Source: a virus
IMG/VR virus record: IMGVR_UViG_3300036715_001865
Span: 64,001 to 128,000 of that record
DNA length: 64,000 bases
Reading direction: 5' to 3' (one strand)
Position numbers and translations under genes: made by a program. Shown here piece by piece: positions 1 through 10,300 of the stretch (position 1 is its first letter; each line of letters begins with the position of its first letter). The notes below the pieces were generated by a model, which did no database searches, had not been told where the DNA came from, and saw only the letters and a list, made by a program, of their open reading frames with translations.

Positions 1-5
1 CTCCA

Positions 6-1070
6 TTATAATTGAAACCAGATGTCTCCATCGGCTCCACCTGATGGACCATCCCAAGATACCCACACTTGATGTTGTCCGCCCCAACCAGCTGGCATAT
101 ATGCATGAGAATTCACAAAATCGTAGGTAGCATAATAAGCACCAATGCCACTATTTAAATTGGTAATTGCTGTAGTAATCGCAGCTTCGACCCAACTTTT
201 GTGTACTAACTGGTTTGGATAGATAGGAGTTCTCCCATCATCAACTATATTACCGGATATGGCTATTATTCCATTACCTGCTACACCAGGAGTTCCTCCT
301 GATGCAACAATTGCTGAATCGAACATAACAGAGCTTCCACTGGTCCAAAATTCAAAAGCTGCTGATGATGGACCAGTAAACTTACCCATCTGTATTTCGG
401 GATATTTGGAACTACCTGAACCTTCAATCCACATATTAAGAAAAGCATCATTTGGAGTTGATGTAGTTACTTTTAGTGCACCAGTCATAGTGTCTCCAAC
501 CTTTTTAACAAATGTGCTATTTGCAGCCGCATCGGCTGCAGCATCTGAAATTGAAGTATCCACGTATCCTTTTGTAGCAGCATCAAGTGGATGTCCGGCT
601 CTTGGATCTGCGTTAAGAGTAAGATATCCTGTCATGATATCCCCTATCTTCTGTACAAATGTGGAAGCTGTTGATGACCCTAAATAATGTGAATCTGCAT
701 ATTGTTCTGATATTAGATGTCTCCAACTGTTGAGAGTTGGATCATCACACACGTACATTTCGCTGGTGGTTAAATTAAACCAGGATTGTCCAAGAATTGG
801 CTTGTTGATACCCAATCCTCCACTAGGAGATAAATCTAATCTTGATTTTGGAGTAGCAGGAGATGCAGTTTTTTCCATAACTGCAAAATTTTCCAATAAC
901 CTATAAAAGTTTTGGTCAACTTCTTGTCCCCAACCTGTGCGACCATATCCGTAAAAGGTTAAGTCTGCATCTTGTTGGTGTTGTTCGTAGGGTCCTGAAG
1001 CGGACCCTACGTTAATTTGAAAGCGTAAATTGCCTTGAGAATTTATAATTGTATATGATGTAGTTGCCAT
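6..1070 (-). CDS. Tail fibre / baseplate-associated virion protein
   Basis: N-terminal LTFYGYG..WGQEVDQNFYRLLENFA motif typical of jumbo-phage fibre anchors; two KxGDxMTG motifs, DAATKGYVD, C-terminal GADGDIWF; TATAAATA late promoter upstream. Confidence 0.65.
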   Translation of the reverse strand: MATTSYTIINSQGNLRFQINVGSASGPYEQHQQDADLTFYGYGRTGWGQEVDQNFYRLLENFAVMEKTASPATPKSRLDLSPSGGLGINKPILGQSWFNLTTSEMYVCDDPTLNSWRHLISEQYADSHYLGSSTASTFVQKIGDIMTGYLTLNADPRAGHPLDAATKGYVDTSISDAAADAAANSTFVKKVGDTMTGALKVTTSTPNDAFLNMWIEGSGSSKYPEIQMGKFTGPSSAAFEFWTSGSSVMFDSAIVASGGTPGVAGNGIIAISGNIVDDGRTPIYPNQLVHKSWVEAAITTAITNLNSGIGAYYATYDFVNSHAYMPAGWGGQHQVWVSWDGPSGGADGDIWFQL

Positions 1071-1096
1071 TATACTGGTCCATAGTAGTGATTATG

Positions 1097-1104
1097 TATT
1101 TATA
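1097..1104 (-). promoter_or_regulatory. gp55-type late promoter TATAAATA in the loop of a 13-bp inverted repeat (1082-1094/1107-1119)
   Basis: + strand tatttata, 27 nt before the ATG at 1070. Confidence 0.75.
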
Positions 1105-1105
1105 C

Positions 1106-1405
1106 TTAATCACTACTATCATCATCATAAGAGGATAGCGCATCACTAACCATCCGTAAGGTTCTACTATCTATATCATGTTTTGTTAACATTCTAAGAT
1201 ACTGAACCAAACTATACCCGTCTGTTTGTAATATGTTTGGATTACGTCCTAAACTAGAAATAGTTTGGATTAGATCGGTTATGAGTGTTTTATCTTGAGG
1301 GGTAGCTGACTGTTTTAGCTTTTTCAAAGATTTTGTAGCATCAACAATCAACCCACCAACTGCATTGTCATCCCCTAACACCATTAATTCATATAATAAC
1401 TTCAC
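1106..1405 (-). CDS. Hypothetical protein
   Basis: 99-aa ORF, GTG start with AGGA SD, co-oriented and tightly packed. Confidence 0.6.
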   Translation of the reverse strand: MKLLYELMVLGDDNAVGGLIVDATKSLKKLKQSATPQDKTLITDLIQTISSLGRNPNILQTDGYSLVQYLRMLTKHDIDSRTLRMVSDALSSYDDDSSD

Positions 1406-1446
1406 AATAACATCCTAAATAAATAGTATTTATTGTGAATGTGTTG

Positions 1447-4266
1447 TTATGGGATATAAGAGAATCCTTGTTTCATTTGAATAGTTAATGTATTGTCAAA
1501 TATATGACGAGCTTCTTCTCTGTGTGATATGATATATGTTGATAGTTCTTCTTCCTTAGCTCTACGCTTAATTACCTTTGCAGCCGCCTGAATTCCAACA
1601 GCATCTAAACCAACATCTAATACCTCATCTAACATCCAAATATTTACTTTGGTGTGTAATCGTTGTAAAACATCACTAAATGATAAGGACAGTGCTAGAT
1701 TAACTCGAGCCTTTTGTCCAGCTGATAAATTACCAAAATCTAAGGTATTACCAAATTGAGATATATTAGCAGTCATTTCATGTGTAAATTCAACCGTATG
1801 TCGCAATAGCATCTCTGACAAATAGTATTGCAGTCTAGTATTGAGATAAGGAATGTACTTGTTTAAAAGCATTTTCCTTACAAAACTATCCCGTTTTGTC
1901 AATAACTTCAATAACAGTTTTTGGTGCTCTACTTCTTTTGTTAAAATATTTACCTCTGAAAAATCAATTGAGTCTAGCTTGATGTTAATTAATTCATCTA
2001 ATGCCTCGGTGTGAGGGTTGGTACTAGACAATAACGTATCAATATTAGCCTCTATAGCACTACTTTGGTTTTGTATCTTCAACAAGTCTTTAATATTTGG
2101 TGAAGTAAGTTGTGGCTTTAGGTTGTTTTGAATATTTTCAAGAGCTTCAATGGCTGAGTCCACTTCTGAAAGTTCAATCAACAACTGTTCGTTTGTGTTG
2201 GTTAGTGTACTTACAGAGGATGAAAGCTCATTCAATTTAGTTTCCACATCATTATAATCCTGTAAACAATATGGACATTTATGGGATTGAAGCTGTTCAA
2301 GCTCCTTTGTGTATTTTGTTATTTGTGCTTTATTTGATTTAATGGAGTTTTCCAGTTTATCAAATTGGCCAATATCTACCACCAATTGAAGATTAACTTC
2401 TGTTAATTTATCATGGATTTCCTGTTGTTTTTCTAAATCAACACCCTTTATTTTTGATAATTGGGCTTGTAGTTCCGTTATCTTATTTTTGGTTGTATCT
2501 TCCCAATTAGAGATTCTTGTTTTGGTGTTTGTGATTTGGGAATTGTGTCTAATATGCTCTTGTTGGATTAAATCCAGTCTTGTTTTTTTGATTTTTAGAC
2601 TATTCTCAGTGTCCTTAATAAGCTCCTTCAATGCAACAGCTTTATCAGCTAATACAGTTAATCCCACCAGTCGTTCAAACATACCAGCTTGTTCCGCTTT
2701 TGGCAAATCTAAGAATGGATTCAAAGTCGCACTAAACACAACAATACGCACGAATAAGTCATATGATATCCCAATAACTTCTTCGATATACTTATTTGTA
2801 TTTGTAACACTATCTAATGTTTTATCTTCACCATTGATATAAAAATACACATTATTCCCATTTTTTGATTTCCGTTCTCGCTTAATTAAGTACACATCAT
2901 CTCCAATATCAAATTCAACAGATACTTCCATGTTTTTGTTGTTTATATTGTTGACCAATTTATCCTTGGAAATGTTTGAAACAGGTTTGTCAAATAAAGT
3001 GTACACCAATGCATTCAGTATTGTTGTATTGTGAGTAACAATAAAATCATCAGTAATATATAAATGTTCAGGGCTATCAATCATGATACACTGAGTTTCT
3101 TTTTCTCCTAAATATTCAACCATATCAATTCTCAACCCCGAGTTAGCATATTGGGTATGGCCAATAGATAGCTTTTCTAATTTTCTAGGTAATGTAAACA
3201 ATATATGAGGATTAGGTACTTGTATACTTACCTCATATGATAGTTGACCTTCGACTCGTTCAGAGTTTTGATTTTTATAGAACGGCAATCGTTTAGAAAT
3301 TTTTGCAGTTCCTCCGATACTCCTAATTAAATACTGAACATCTTGTGCTAATTGGTTACTAGAACTAGAAAAACTTATATTTTTCGTTTTTCCAACTGTT
3401 CCATCTGTATCCATAAGACCTTGCAATAATTCCAACTTTTGGTCGTAGTTGCTGTTTATCAAGTATTCAGTTGGAATAAACTTTGTGGATGACTTTGTGT
3501 GTAAAATACCCAATTGAGAAAGTTGCCGCCTAATAGATAATAAATTGTGTGACCCTTTTATATTATTAACAAGTATCCAATCATAATTAGGTGATTTTTT
3601 TCCATACTGCACTAAATGTTGTTTATGAGGTAGTAATAATGACTCGATCCTATCGATAGAGTGGGAATCTGCTGAAGTGAATAATATATATCCCCCACTC
3701 ATACAACCATCTCCCAATAAACTACCAAGTAGGTATGGGTGTATCATAAAATCACTTGGTGGTGTAGTTTTATCTGGTTGTATTTTTGGCACAAAAATAC
3801 TGTATCTGGGATTTTTGTTCTTCCACTCCTCTATTAATGGGATTATTTGTTTAGTGGTAAGGGTCCGAGTACCTCTCTTTCCACTCTGGTCCCACCTGTG
3901 AGAAAATACTTCCCACAAGTGATCTTCATCAGCTTCAGTAGTTCTGCCATCAGAAAATGTGATTTTGTATGTTGGTCTAATACCTTGTGGGTAAACTCCT
4001 ATTATGTTAGCTGTTTTACCATTTGGGGTACTGACTATATCTCCAACTTTACATTCCCCTATTGTTGTCCAACCAATTGGAGTTTTTACTTTACAGTGTA
4101 GTGGTTGAGCTTTACCAGTGCCATTGCCTCCCACACCTTCTGTAGTATCATCTAAATTTTCTCCCATTATTAATGTTGTGCCAACATTTGTAAATTCAAC
4201 CACAGTAGTGTTATTACCGTATGATAAAAAATTACGCATTGAAACAGTTTTAAAAGTAATATTCAT
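1447..4266 (-). CDS. gp46: Rad50/SbcC-like recombination endonuclease ATPase subunit (T4 gp46-like), intein-containing
   Basis: Walker A GGNGTGK|T interrupted by an intein; coiled coil, Zn hook CPYC, signature LSAGQ, Walker B MLDEVLD; adjacent to gp47. Confidence 0.93.
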   Translation of the reverse strand: MNITFKTVSMRNFLSYGNNTTVVEFTNVGTTLIMGENLDDTTEGVGGNGTGKAQPLHCKVKTPIGWTTIGECKVGDIVSTPNGKTANIIGVYPQGIRPTYKITFSDGRTTEADEDHLWEVFSHRWDQSGKRGTRTLTTKQIIPLIEEWKNKNPRYSIFVPKIQPDKTTPPSDFMIHPYLLGSLLGDGCMSGGYILFTSADSHSIDRIESLLLPHKQHLVQYGKKSPNYDWILVNNIKGSHNLLSIRRQLSQLGILHTKSSTKFIPTEYLINSNYDQKLELLQGLMDTDGTVGKTKNISFSSSSNQLAQDVQYLIRSIGGTAKISKRLPFYKNQNSERVEGQLSYEVSIQVPNPHILFTLPRKLEKLSIGHTQYANSGLRIDMVEYLGEKETQCIMIDSPEHLYITDDFIVTHNTTILNALVYTLFDKPVSNISKDKLVNNINNKNMEVSVEFDIGDDVYLIKRERKSKNGNNVYFYINGEDKTLDSVTNTNKYIEEVIGISYDLFVRIVVFSATLNPFLDLPKAEQAGMFERLVGLTVLADKAVALKELIKDTENSLKIKKTRLDLIQQEHIRHNSQITNTKTRISNWEDTTKNKITELQAQLSKIKGVDLEKQQEIHDKLTEVNLQLVVDIGQFDKLENSIKSNKAQITKYTKELEQLQSHKCPYCLQDYNDVETKLNELSSSVSTLTNTNEQLLIELSEVDSAIEALENIQNNLKPQLTSPNIKDLLKIQNQSSAIEANIDTLLSSTNPHTEALDELINIKLDSIDFSEVNILTKEVEHQKLLLKLLTKRDSFVRKMLLNKYIPYLNTRLQYYLSEMLLRHTVEFTHEMTANISQFGNTLDFGNLSAGQKARVNLALSLSFSDVLQRLHTKVNIWMLDEVLDVGLDAVGIQAAAKVIKRRAKEEELSTYIISHREEARHIFDNTLTIQMKQGFSYIP
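3028..4110 (-). mobile_element. 361-aa class-3 (Ala1, W-C-T) intein with LAGLIDADG homing endonuclease
   Basis: Starts AQPL after the Walker A Lys; block B DEDHLW, block F TQCIMI, ends IVTHN followed by Thr+1; LLGSLLGDG and LLQGLMDTDG motifs. Confidence 0.92.
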
Positions 4267-4269
4267 GTG

Positions 4270-5316
4270 TTATGCTAACCTCAAGTATTGTGCAATTAAT
4301 AATTCATTATCGATATGATCTGTGTCAATATCATTTAACATTTGTAACACTAATTCATCTATTGTGCGCAATGATGTATCAGATGTATCTATATCTGAAG
4401 CTTCTGTGTCAGTTATTGCTTCTGATACTTCACTTGACTCATCCATAGAACATTCTCGCAATTGATATTGGGTAGTTAATGTTTGTTTAAGAACAGAGCT
4501 TTCTTCGAAATTAATAGGAACATCAACCAAGCACTTAACTCTGGAATTTGGGTAAATTGACACATTTCCATCCAACACATCTGATAGTTTAACTTTAGTA
4601 TATTTTGGACAATCTTCCCAATTAACAAATGTTTTTTGTTGGGATGTGTGGTTATATACCATTAACCCTCTATCATTATCATCAGCATCACTAAAATTAG
4701 TTGGAAAAGCATTGCCGATGTATACAGTGTTGTTTGTTTGTTGTCGTTTGTGAAAATGTCCTGAAAATATATATGTTGGACCAGTAAAGAGAGTGTGGTC
4801 AGGTCCATTTGTCATAATAACATTATGACCAGTAATAACAAATCCTTTAAATTCAAAATGCCCCCACCAAGTAGCAACATTATCGTATTGTACCAGAGTA
4901 TCATATTCGTGGTGGAATAAATATGGGCAAATTAGTGGTGATGTTTCAATATCATCCACAATTGTTGGTTCAGTGATCATTCTAAAATTTGAAAATTCGT
5001 GAAAAGTAATAGTAGAGTATAGATCACGGTTGTGCCTGTGATATAAATCATGATTACCAATAACAAAAAATATTGGAATCCCAAGGTCATTTAACTTCTT
5101 TGCGCATCGGTGTGAATAATTTAATGTAGACACATTAACGGCAGCTCTGTTTTCATACCAGTCTCCCATAAAGATAACATTATCAGCTTTGTGTTTTATA
5201 GCTTGCAAGCAGAACCAATCAATATAATCAAGACAGTCCTGATTGTGAAGTTCGCTGTTGGATTTTGCACCTACATGTAAATCTGTAAATGCAATAGTGG
5301 TTGTAAGTTTTTTCAT
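4270..5316 (-). CDS. gp47: Mre11/SbcD-like nuclease (T4 gp47-like)
   Basis: Metallophosphoesterase motifs TDLHVG, MGDWYE, GNHD, SGHFH; synteny with gp46 and gp55. Confidence 0.92.
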   Translation of the reverse strand: MKKLTTTIAFTDLHVGAKSNSELHNQDCLDYIDWFCLQAIKHKADNVIFMGDWYENRAAVNVSTLNYSHRCAKKLNDLGIPIFFVIGNHDLYHRHNRDLYSTITFHEFSNFRMITEPTIVDDIETSPLICPYLFHHEYDTLVQYDNVATWWGHFEFKGFVITGHNVIMTNGPDHTLFTGPTYIFSGHFHKRQQTNNTVYIGNAFPTNFSDADDNDRGLMVYNHTSQQKTFVNWEDCPKYTKVKLSDVLDGNVSIYPNSRVKCLVDVPINFEESSVLKQTLTTQYQLRECSMDESSEVSEAITDTEASDIDTSDTSLRTIDELVLQMLNDIDTDHIDNELLIAQYLRLA

Positions 5317-5361
5317 GTATATAATCCCTTATGTGTGATAATTAATGATATTAATCATACT

Positions 5362-5390
5362 ATTATCACACATATCATTAAATTATACAA
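5362..5390 (-). promoter_or_regulatory. Sigma70-like promoter TTGTAT-N17-GATAAT for gp47/gp46
   Basis: Hexamers and 17-nt spacing read directly on the - strand. Confidence 0.55.
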
Positions 5391-5410
5391 CGATATAACA
5401 AGGTTTGATT

Positions 5411-5995
5411 TTATTTTAGGATAGGTTGATACTCTTCAACCTCTATTTCATCCAATTCTTCTAACTCTTCTAATTCTTCTATGACACTAATGTCAAATTC
5501 ATCAACAAAAGAATCTTGTTGTAACTGTTGTTGTAATTCAATAGCAGTTTCTCTGTAGTGGTAATAATCTTGTTCATCTTCTACAAAATGTTGATCAGAA
5601 GCATCTTCAGTGAAACCAAATGAAGGATTCATTCCTTGTTTAACCAATAATAAATCTCTCACAATTCTTTGTCTTTTTTCTTTGTTGAGGTATTGAATAA
5701 ATGAATTTTTAATGCATTGGGTAAAAAAAGCAAATGGATTATTGCTCTTGTTTGGATCGAAACTGTTCCAAGTACGTACTAGCATCATCATGGCGTAGGC
5801 TTGCATGTCGGAATTGTAAGTATAGTTGACAAAGTTTCCTTTTGCAGCATATTTCGCGCATAACAATTGTATCATACGAGCCAGTTTATCATTCATTTTA
5901 CCTTGAGCTTTTGATTCCCCAATAGCTATTAATAGTTCTTTGTTGTTTAAATATTGGATTTTTGGTGGGAGACTTGGAGTGGGTTCAGTGGACAT
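5411..5995 (-). CDS. gp55: Late-transcription sigma factor (T4 gp55-like)
   Basis: YLNNKELL, F.NYTY..DM, FDPNKSNNPFAFFTQCIKNSFIQYLNKEKRQ motifs; acidic tail; gp55-gp47-gp46 synteny. Confidence 0.9.
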   Translation of the reverse strand: MSTEPTPSLPPKIQYLNNKELLIAIGESKAQGKMNDKLARMIQLLCAKYAAKGNFVNYTYNSDMQAYAMMMLVRTWNSFDPNKSNNPFAFFTQCIKNSFIQYLNKEKRQRIVRDLLLVKQGMNPSFGFTEDASDQHFVEDEQDYYHYRETAIELQQQLQQDSFVDEFDISVIEELEELEELDEIEVEEYQPILK

Positions 5996-6024
5996 ATAAT
6001 ACCTATTATAATATGGGTGATGGC

Positions 6025-6053
6025 ATGGTACTATATTTTACAACATAAGTCAA
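6025..6053 (-). promoter_or_regulatory. Sigma70-like promoter TTGACT-N17-TACCAT for gp55
   Basis: Read directly on the - strand upstream of 5995. Confidence 0.55.
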
Positions 6054-6075
6054 CATTTATACCTGGTACGTGTTG

Positions 6076-6083
6076 TATAAATA
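6076..6083 (+). promoter_or_regulatory. Late promoter TATAAATA
   Basis: Exact T4 late -10 box, 30 nt before the ATG at 6113. Confidence 0.75.
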
Positions 6084-6112
6084 TCATATACGATAATTAA
6101 AAGGAAATAACT

Positions 6113-6934
6113 ATGAATATTCCAACTGTTCCATTGGATCCATCAATTCAAATGTTGGGTGAAATAGACGTAACAACACCTAGAGACCAAACAAGTATAA
6201 ACTTCAAAGTAAGACTTGTGTCCATTTTAGAAATGGTGCAAGGAGCTCCAGGAGATTTTAAGCAGGTAATATTTGAAGTAACTCCAACATTAACTGAATC
6301 AAGATCAGTTGATTATTCTGCAGTTCAACCAATACATATGCCTGGAGGGATTCAAGTGTATAAATTTTCAGGAAGTAGGTCGTTTGAATTAAATGCACAT
6401 TTAATTTCACGCAATACAGCCGATGCACTACAAAATATGCTATACCTTCAGACCTTACGTAGTTGGACTATGCCGTTTTTTGGAAATGCCACATCTGTTG
6501 GTGGTTCCAGTTCACCACAACAAGCAGCCTTACCAAAAGATTGGAGCACACCACTTATGACACCAGATCAGCAAATGAAATCAGGGATTGATCAAGTTAA
6601 GTCTGGATCTGCAGGTGGTGCAGGTACTATTAGTTTATTGGGAGCTCCGCCTGAAGTGTTGTATCTATATGGATACTCATCATCAAGTAATGACAACAGA
6701 CAATCAATGAAAGGTGTGAATATAAATCGGATACCAGTGGTATTAACAAATATCAACATATCTTACCCTGAAGATGTGGATTATCTTCCTGTAGAAATCT
6801 CTCCTACTGCAAATACAGAACCGTTCCCTGTAAAAATGGAAGTAACTCTATCCCTAGTAGAAACACATTCACCAACAGAATATGAACAATTTAGTTTAGA
6901 AAATTTTAAAAGTGGTAAATTAGTTAATTTCTAA
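6113..6934 (+). CDS. Baseplate tail-tube initiator/cap-like protein (contractile tube-like fold)
   Basis: First gene of the baseplate block; P.LTESRSV.Y...RSFEL.A.L and P.V.TN.NISYP..V pattern; precedes a gp53-like gene. Confidence 0.5.
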   Translation: MNIPTVPLDPSIQMLGEIDVTTPRDQTSINFKVRLVSILEMVQGAPGDFKQVIFEVTPTLTESRSVDYSAVQPIHMPGGIQVYKFSGSRSFELNAHLISRNTADALQNMLYLQTLRSWTMPFFGNATSVGGSSSPQQAALPKDWSTPLMTPDQQMKSGIDQVKSGSAGGAGTISLLGAPPEVLYLYGYSSSSNDNRQSMKGVNINRIPVVLTNINISYPEDVDYLPVEISPTANTEPFPVKMEVTLSLVETHSPTEYEQFSLENFKSGKLVNF

Positions 6935-6947
6935 TGTCCATCGTTGC

Positions 6948-6955
6948 TATAAATA
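6948..6955 (+). promoter_or_regulatory. Late promoter TATAAATA
   Basis: Exact box upstream of 6975. Confidence 0.7.
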
Positions 6956-6974
6956 TACCAAAAAGGAAACTAAC

Positions 6975-7307
6975 ATGGCACAAAAATCAAATACACAACC
7001 AGGTGGTAGATATTTACAAGGTGGTATTACAGATGATAAGATTGATAGGTTGGGTTGGTGGGAACGCAAAGTATTCCCAACTTCTCATACAGACGTAAAA
7101 TTAACTCTAACTGCAAAATACAATCGCCGCCCTGATTTATTAGCGTATGACCTTTATGGTAAAGCTGGGTTGCAATGGTTCATTTTACAGTACAACACTA
7201 TTTCTGATATAACTACATTTGAGCAAAATTTAACTATAACCGTACCAACCAGAGCTAGGTTATTTAGTGAATTATTGACGAGTGCTCCAAGCAGTTCAAG
7301 AAACTAA
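6975..7307 (+). CDS. gp53: Baseplate wedge protein, LysM-like (T4 gp53/P2 gpX-like)
   Basis: RRPDLLAYDLYGKAGLQWFILQYN motif; position in the baseplate block. Confidence 0.75.
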   Translation: MAQKSNTQPGGRYLQGGITDDKIDRLGWWERKVFPTSHTDVKLTLTAKYNRRPDLLAYDLYGKAGLQWFILQYNTISDITTFEQNLTITVPTRARLFSELLTSAPSSSRN

Positions 7308-7341
7308 ATACACATATAATATAGATAAGGTAACAATATCC

Positions 7342-10300
7342 ATGTCCAGAAAAGCAAACCCATTAGCCAAATATAGATCATATAGTTATTATCATGTTCT
7401 AGCGTTATGTAATTCGTCAGATACTGCATCAGAATTAGCAGGTTCCACAGATTTGGACATGTGGCAAACTTCTAATGTTGGAGGTATATTATCTCCTAAA
7501 ACGATAACAACATCAAGTGGAGAAGGTCAGTATTATGTATTAATTAATGGTTCTACGGATGCAGCACTAACTATTACAAAAGCAAATTGGTCATCATTCA
7601 CTGCTGCATCTGCAACCATGAATGATAGGGGCACATCAATTGCACTTGAAGGTAGTATAACAGTTGCTGAGCCTAGGGGGATTGTATTCTTGGATCAAAT
7701 TGTAAGATGTTGTATATCGATGGGAATTGATAGTGCTAGTGCTTTTTGGGTGTTAAAAACTTTCTTTGTTGGATACACATTTGATATTGGAAGTGGAACA
7801 GATGGGGTTGATCACATAACTGATATTCCACCAGTTGTGTTTTTAACGTATGATGTTGTTGGATCGTTTGGTATTGCGGGGGGTGAATATGAACTTAATT
7901 TTTTTGCAGCAGCCAATAGTGCTGCAAGAATGCCACAATATAGTAAATCAGTTAAGGCTTTGAACTTTAAGGCTGAGGATAACTTTGAAAACACTCTTAA
8001 AAAATTACAGACTGAAGTAACCAACAACTATAAAAAATATTATGCTTGTGTTGAAGAAACTCTTAAAAAGACTCCAGGTACTGAAAAAATTGCAGAAGCA
8101 CTCAGAGAAGTAAAATATGTAATAACTTGTGGGGCTCCATATGCTGGAAATAGTTCATATATTGTATCTGACCAATTAGTACAATTAAAGGACCACCCTG
8201 AGTGTGATTCAAGTAGTAATTTGTCGTTTACGGCTGGGATAAGCATTGAAGATGCAATTCATCGAATAATGGCACATTGTCCACAAATAACCAGAGACGC
8301 GGCGACTGGAGAAGGTGGAAAAAAATATATTGCAAAGATACACTCATGGGTAACTTCAAGAGATATTGGTGGTGGAAAATTAGAATATGAAGTTGGATAT
8401 AGAGTGGATAGACAAGAAGACCCACATAGTATGTCATTCGAAGATGCAGGAAAGAATGTAGATAATATTATTGAATATGATTACATTTATACAGGGAAGA
8501 ATGTTGATATATTAGAATTTGATATCAAGATGAACATGGGTTTAGTTTACCTACAGGGTATGACAATATCAAATGCATACAAACAACCTGGCCAACAAGC
8601 TACAATAATGGGAACTCATCCATCCGTCCGAGATATACAAACTAGACAACAGAGCAAGAATATTCCAGTATACTTTGGGACTAATATTAAATCATCTTGG
8701 ATTAGAAACACCCAAGATACACAAACACAATCTCAGTTTGCTTATAGTATGGAAAAACATGCTTCTTTGGAATCAATTGAAGCTGTAGTTAAAATTACTG
8801 GTAATCCTGCATTGTTGGGGTCTATTAATCAAACTTCCGATCCTAAATTTGTATCTCAACAGATAGTACCTGTGATGCAGGATGATGGATATGCAAAATT
8901 TACCAATTGGACTACTGCCCCTGCTTTTGCCAAAATTAATATTAAAATGCCCCGAAACAATGACGATATGTCATTATTCACTGGTACTCAAACATCAACT
9001 GAGGACCCGTCCCAGTCAAATGATTATGCTGTTGATTTTTGGTTTACAGGACATTATTATATATTAGGCATTGATCATGTTTTTGATAATGGAGAATTTC
9101 ACCAAACATTGCAAGCTATTGGTATTCCAGCTAATAATGCATTTAGTGAGGAGAAAACCAATGATGCTGGAATGGATGTTGTATTAGATGCTCGAGTAGG
9201 GGAATGTTACGAAAATAAAATTGGATGTGGCACAACTTCATCTGGTGACGGAATGGCTAGTGGAACAAATGGACAAGTCCCAGAAGCTCATGAAAGTGTT
9301 AGCTCCCCAAACAACAAAATAGACACCTATAATTACGTCAGTGACAATAAAGATTTATCAAATATTGTAGGATACGATAAAGCACCTGATAGAGTAAAAG
9401 TTGCTATTCACAATGCAGCTCTTAATAATCCACCTATTCAGGAAAGTGATCTTGCACTAATGATTGCATATGAAAGTGGATTTAGATCAGATGTCGTTAA
9501 TAAGTACGGATATAAAGGATTAGGACAATTTGGCGATAGTACGTGGGCTCAGTTTGGTAGTGGAAATCCATTAGATCCAAATGCTAATGCTGATGCAACC
9601 GCTAAATATATGTTGCACAACAGAGCAGTATTCCAACGAGATGTATCCGCAAAAGAACCAAACGTTGTAGACTTATATACTATGCACCAACGTGGTACAA
9701 CTGGTGGAACTAAAATATTAAAAAATATTTACAGTGGGAATGGAGGTGGAAGTGCTGGGATCTCTGATAAATCCGCAAGAGCAAATAGATTACCTATAAA
9801 TCCGTCAAGTGATCAAGTATACCAATCATTCATTGGTTCATTGGGTAAACGCTTAAAGTCGGGAGCAGTGGTAACAAAACCAAGTGCTGGCCCTAGAAAA
9901 CCAGTGGAATCTTTACCAGATCCGTTAGGTGGTGGATTGGTATCTTTGCCTCTGGCCAAGCCGCTACTGGAAAAGAAACAAGATAGTACTATGGTATCAT
10001 CAATTTTAGAGGATTCAAAACTAGGACCATCAAATGTATCAGAAAGTACTCCTAAACGAGCACGCACAGCAAAAGAAGTAATGGCTGCATATGTTAGTTG
10101 TAAAGATGAAGAAAGAAAAACAAATGATCCATCTAAGACGGATAATTGCAATAAAACAGCTAATCAAGAAAACGGTGGAAGTAGTGGAGGTAATAGTGAT
10201 ACAGGACAAGGTGGAGGTGCAGGAGGTGCAGGCAATCATAGAAATGGTGGCAAATTATCTACAAACCAATCAGCAGAATACCAAAGTAAATTAAAAGCAT

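Noticed and set aside
259-687. 142-aa + strand ORF and similar antisense ORFs (2489-2842, 18674-19315, 20834-21235, 30477-30839, 37559-37837, 46575-46985)
   Set aside because: These are shadows of well-supported genes on the opposite strand, with no SD, promoter or recognisable motifs.
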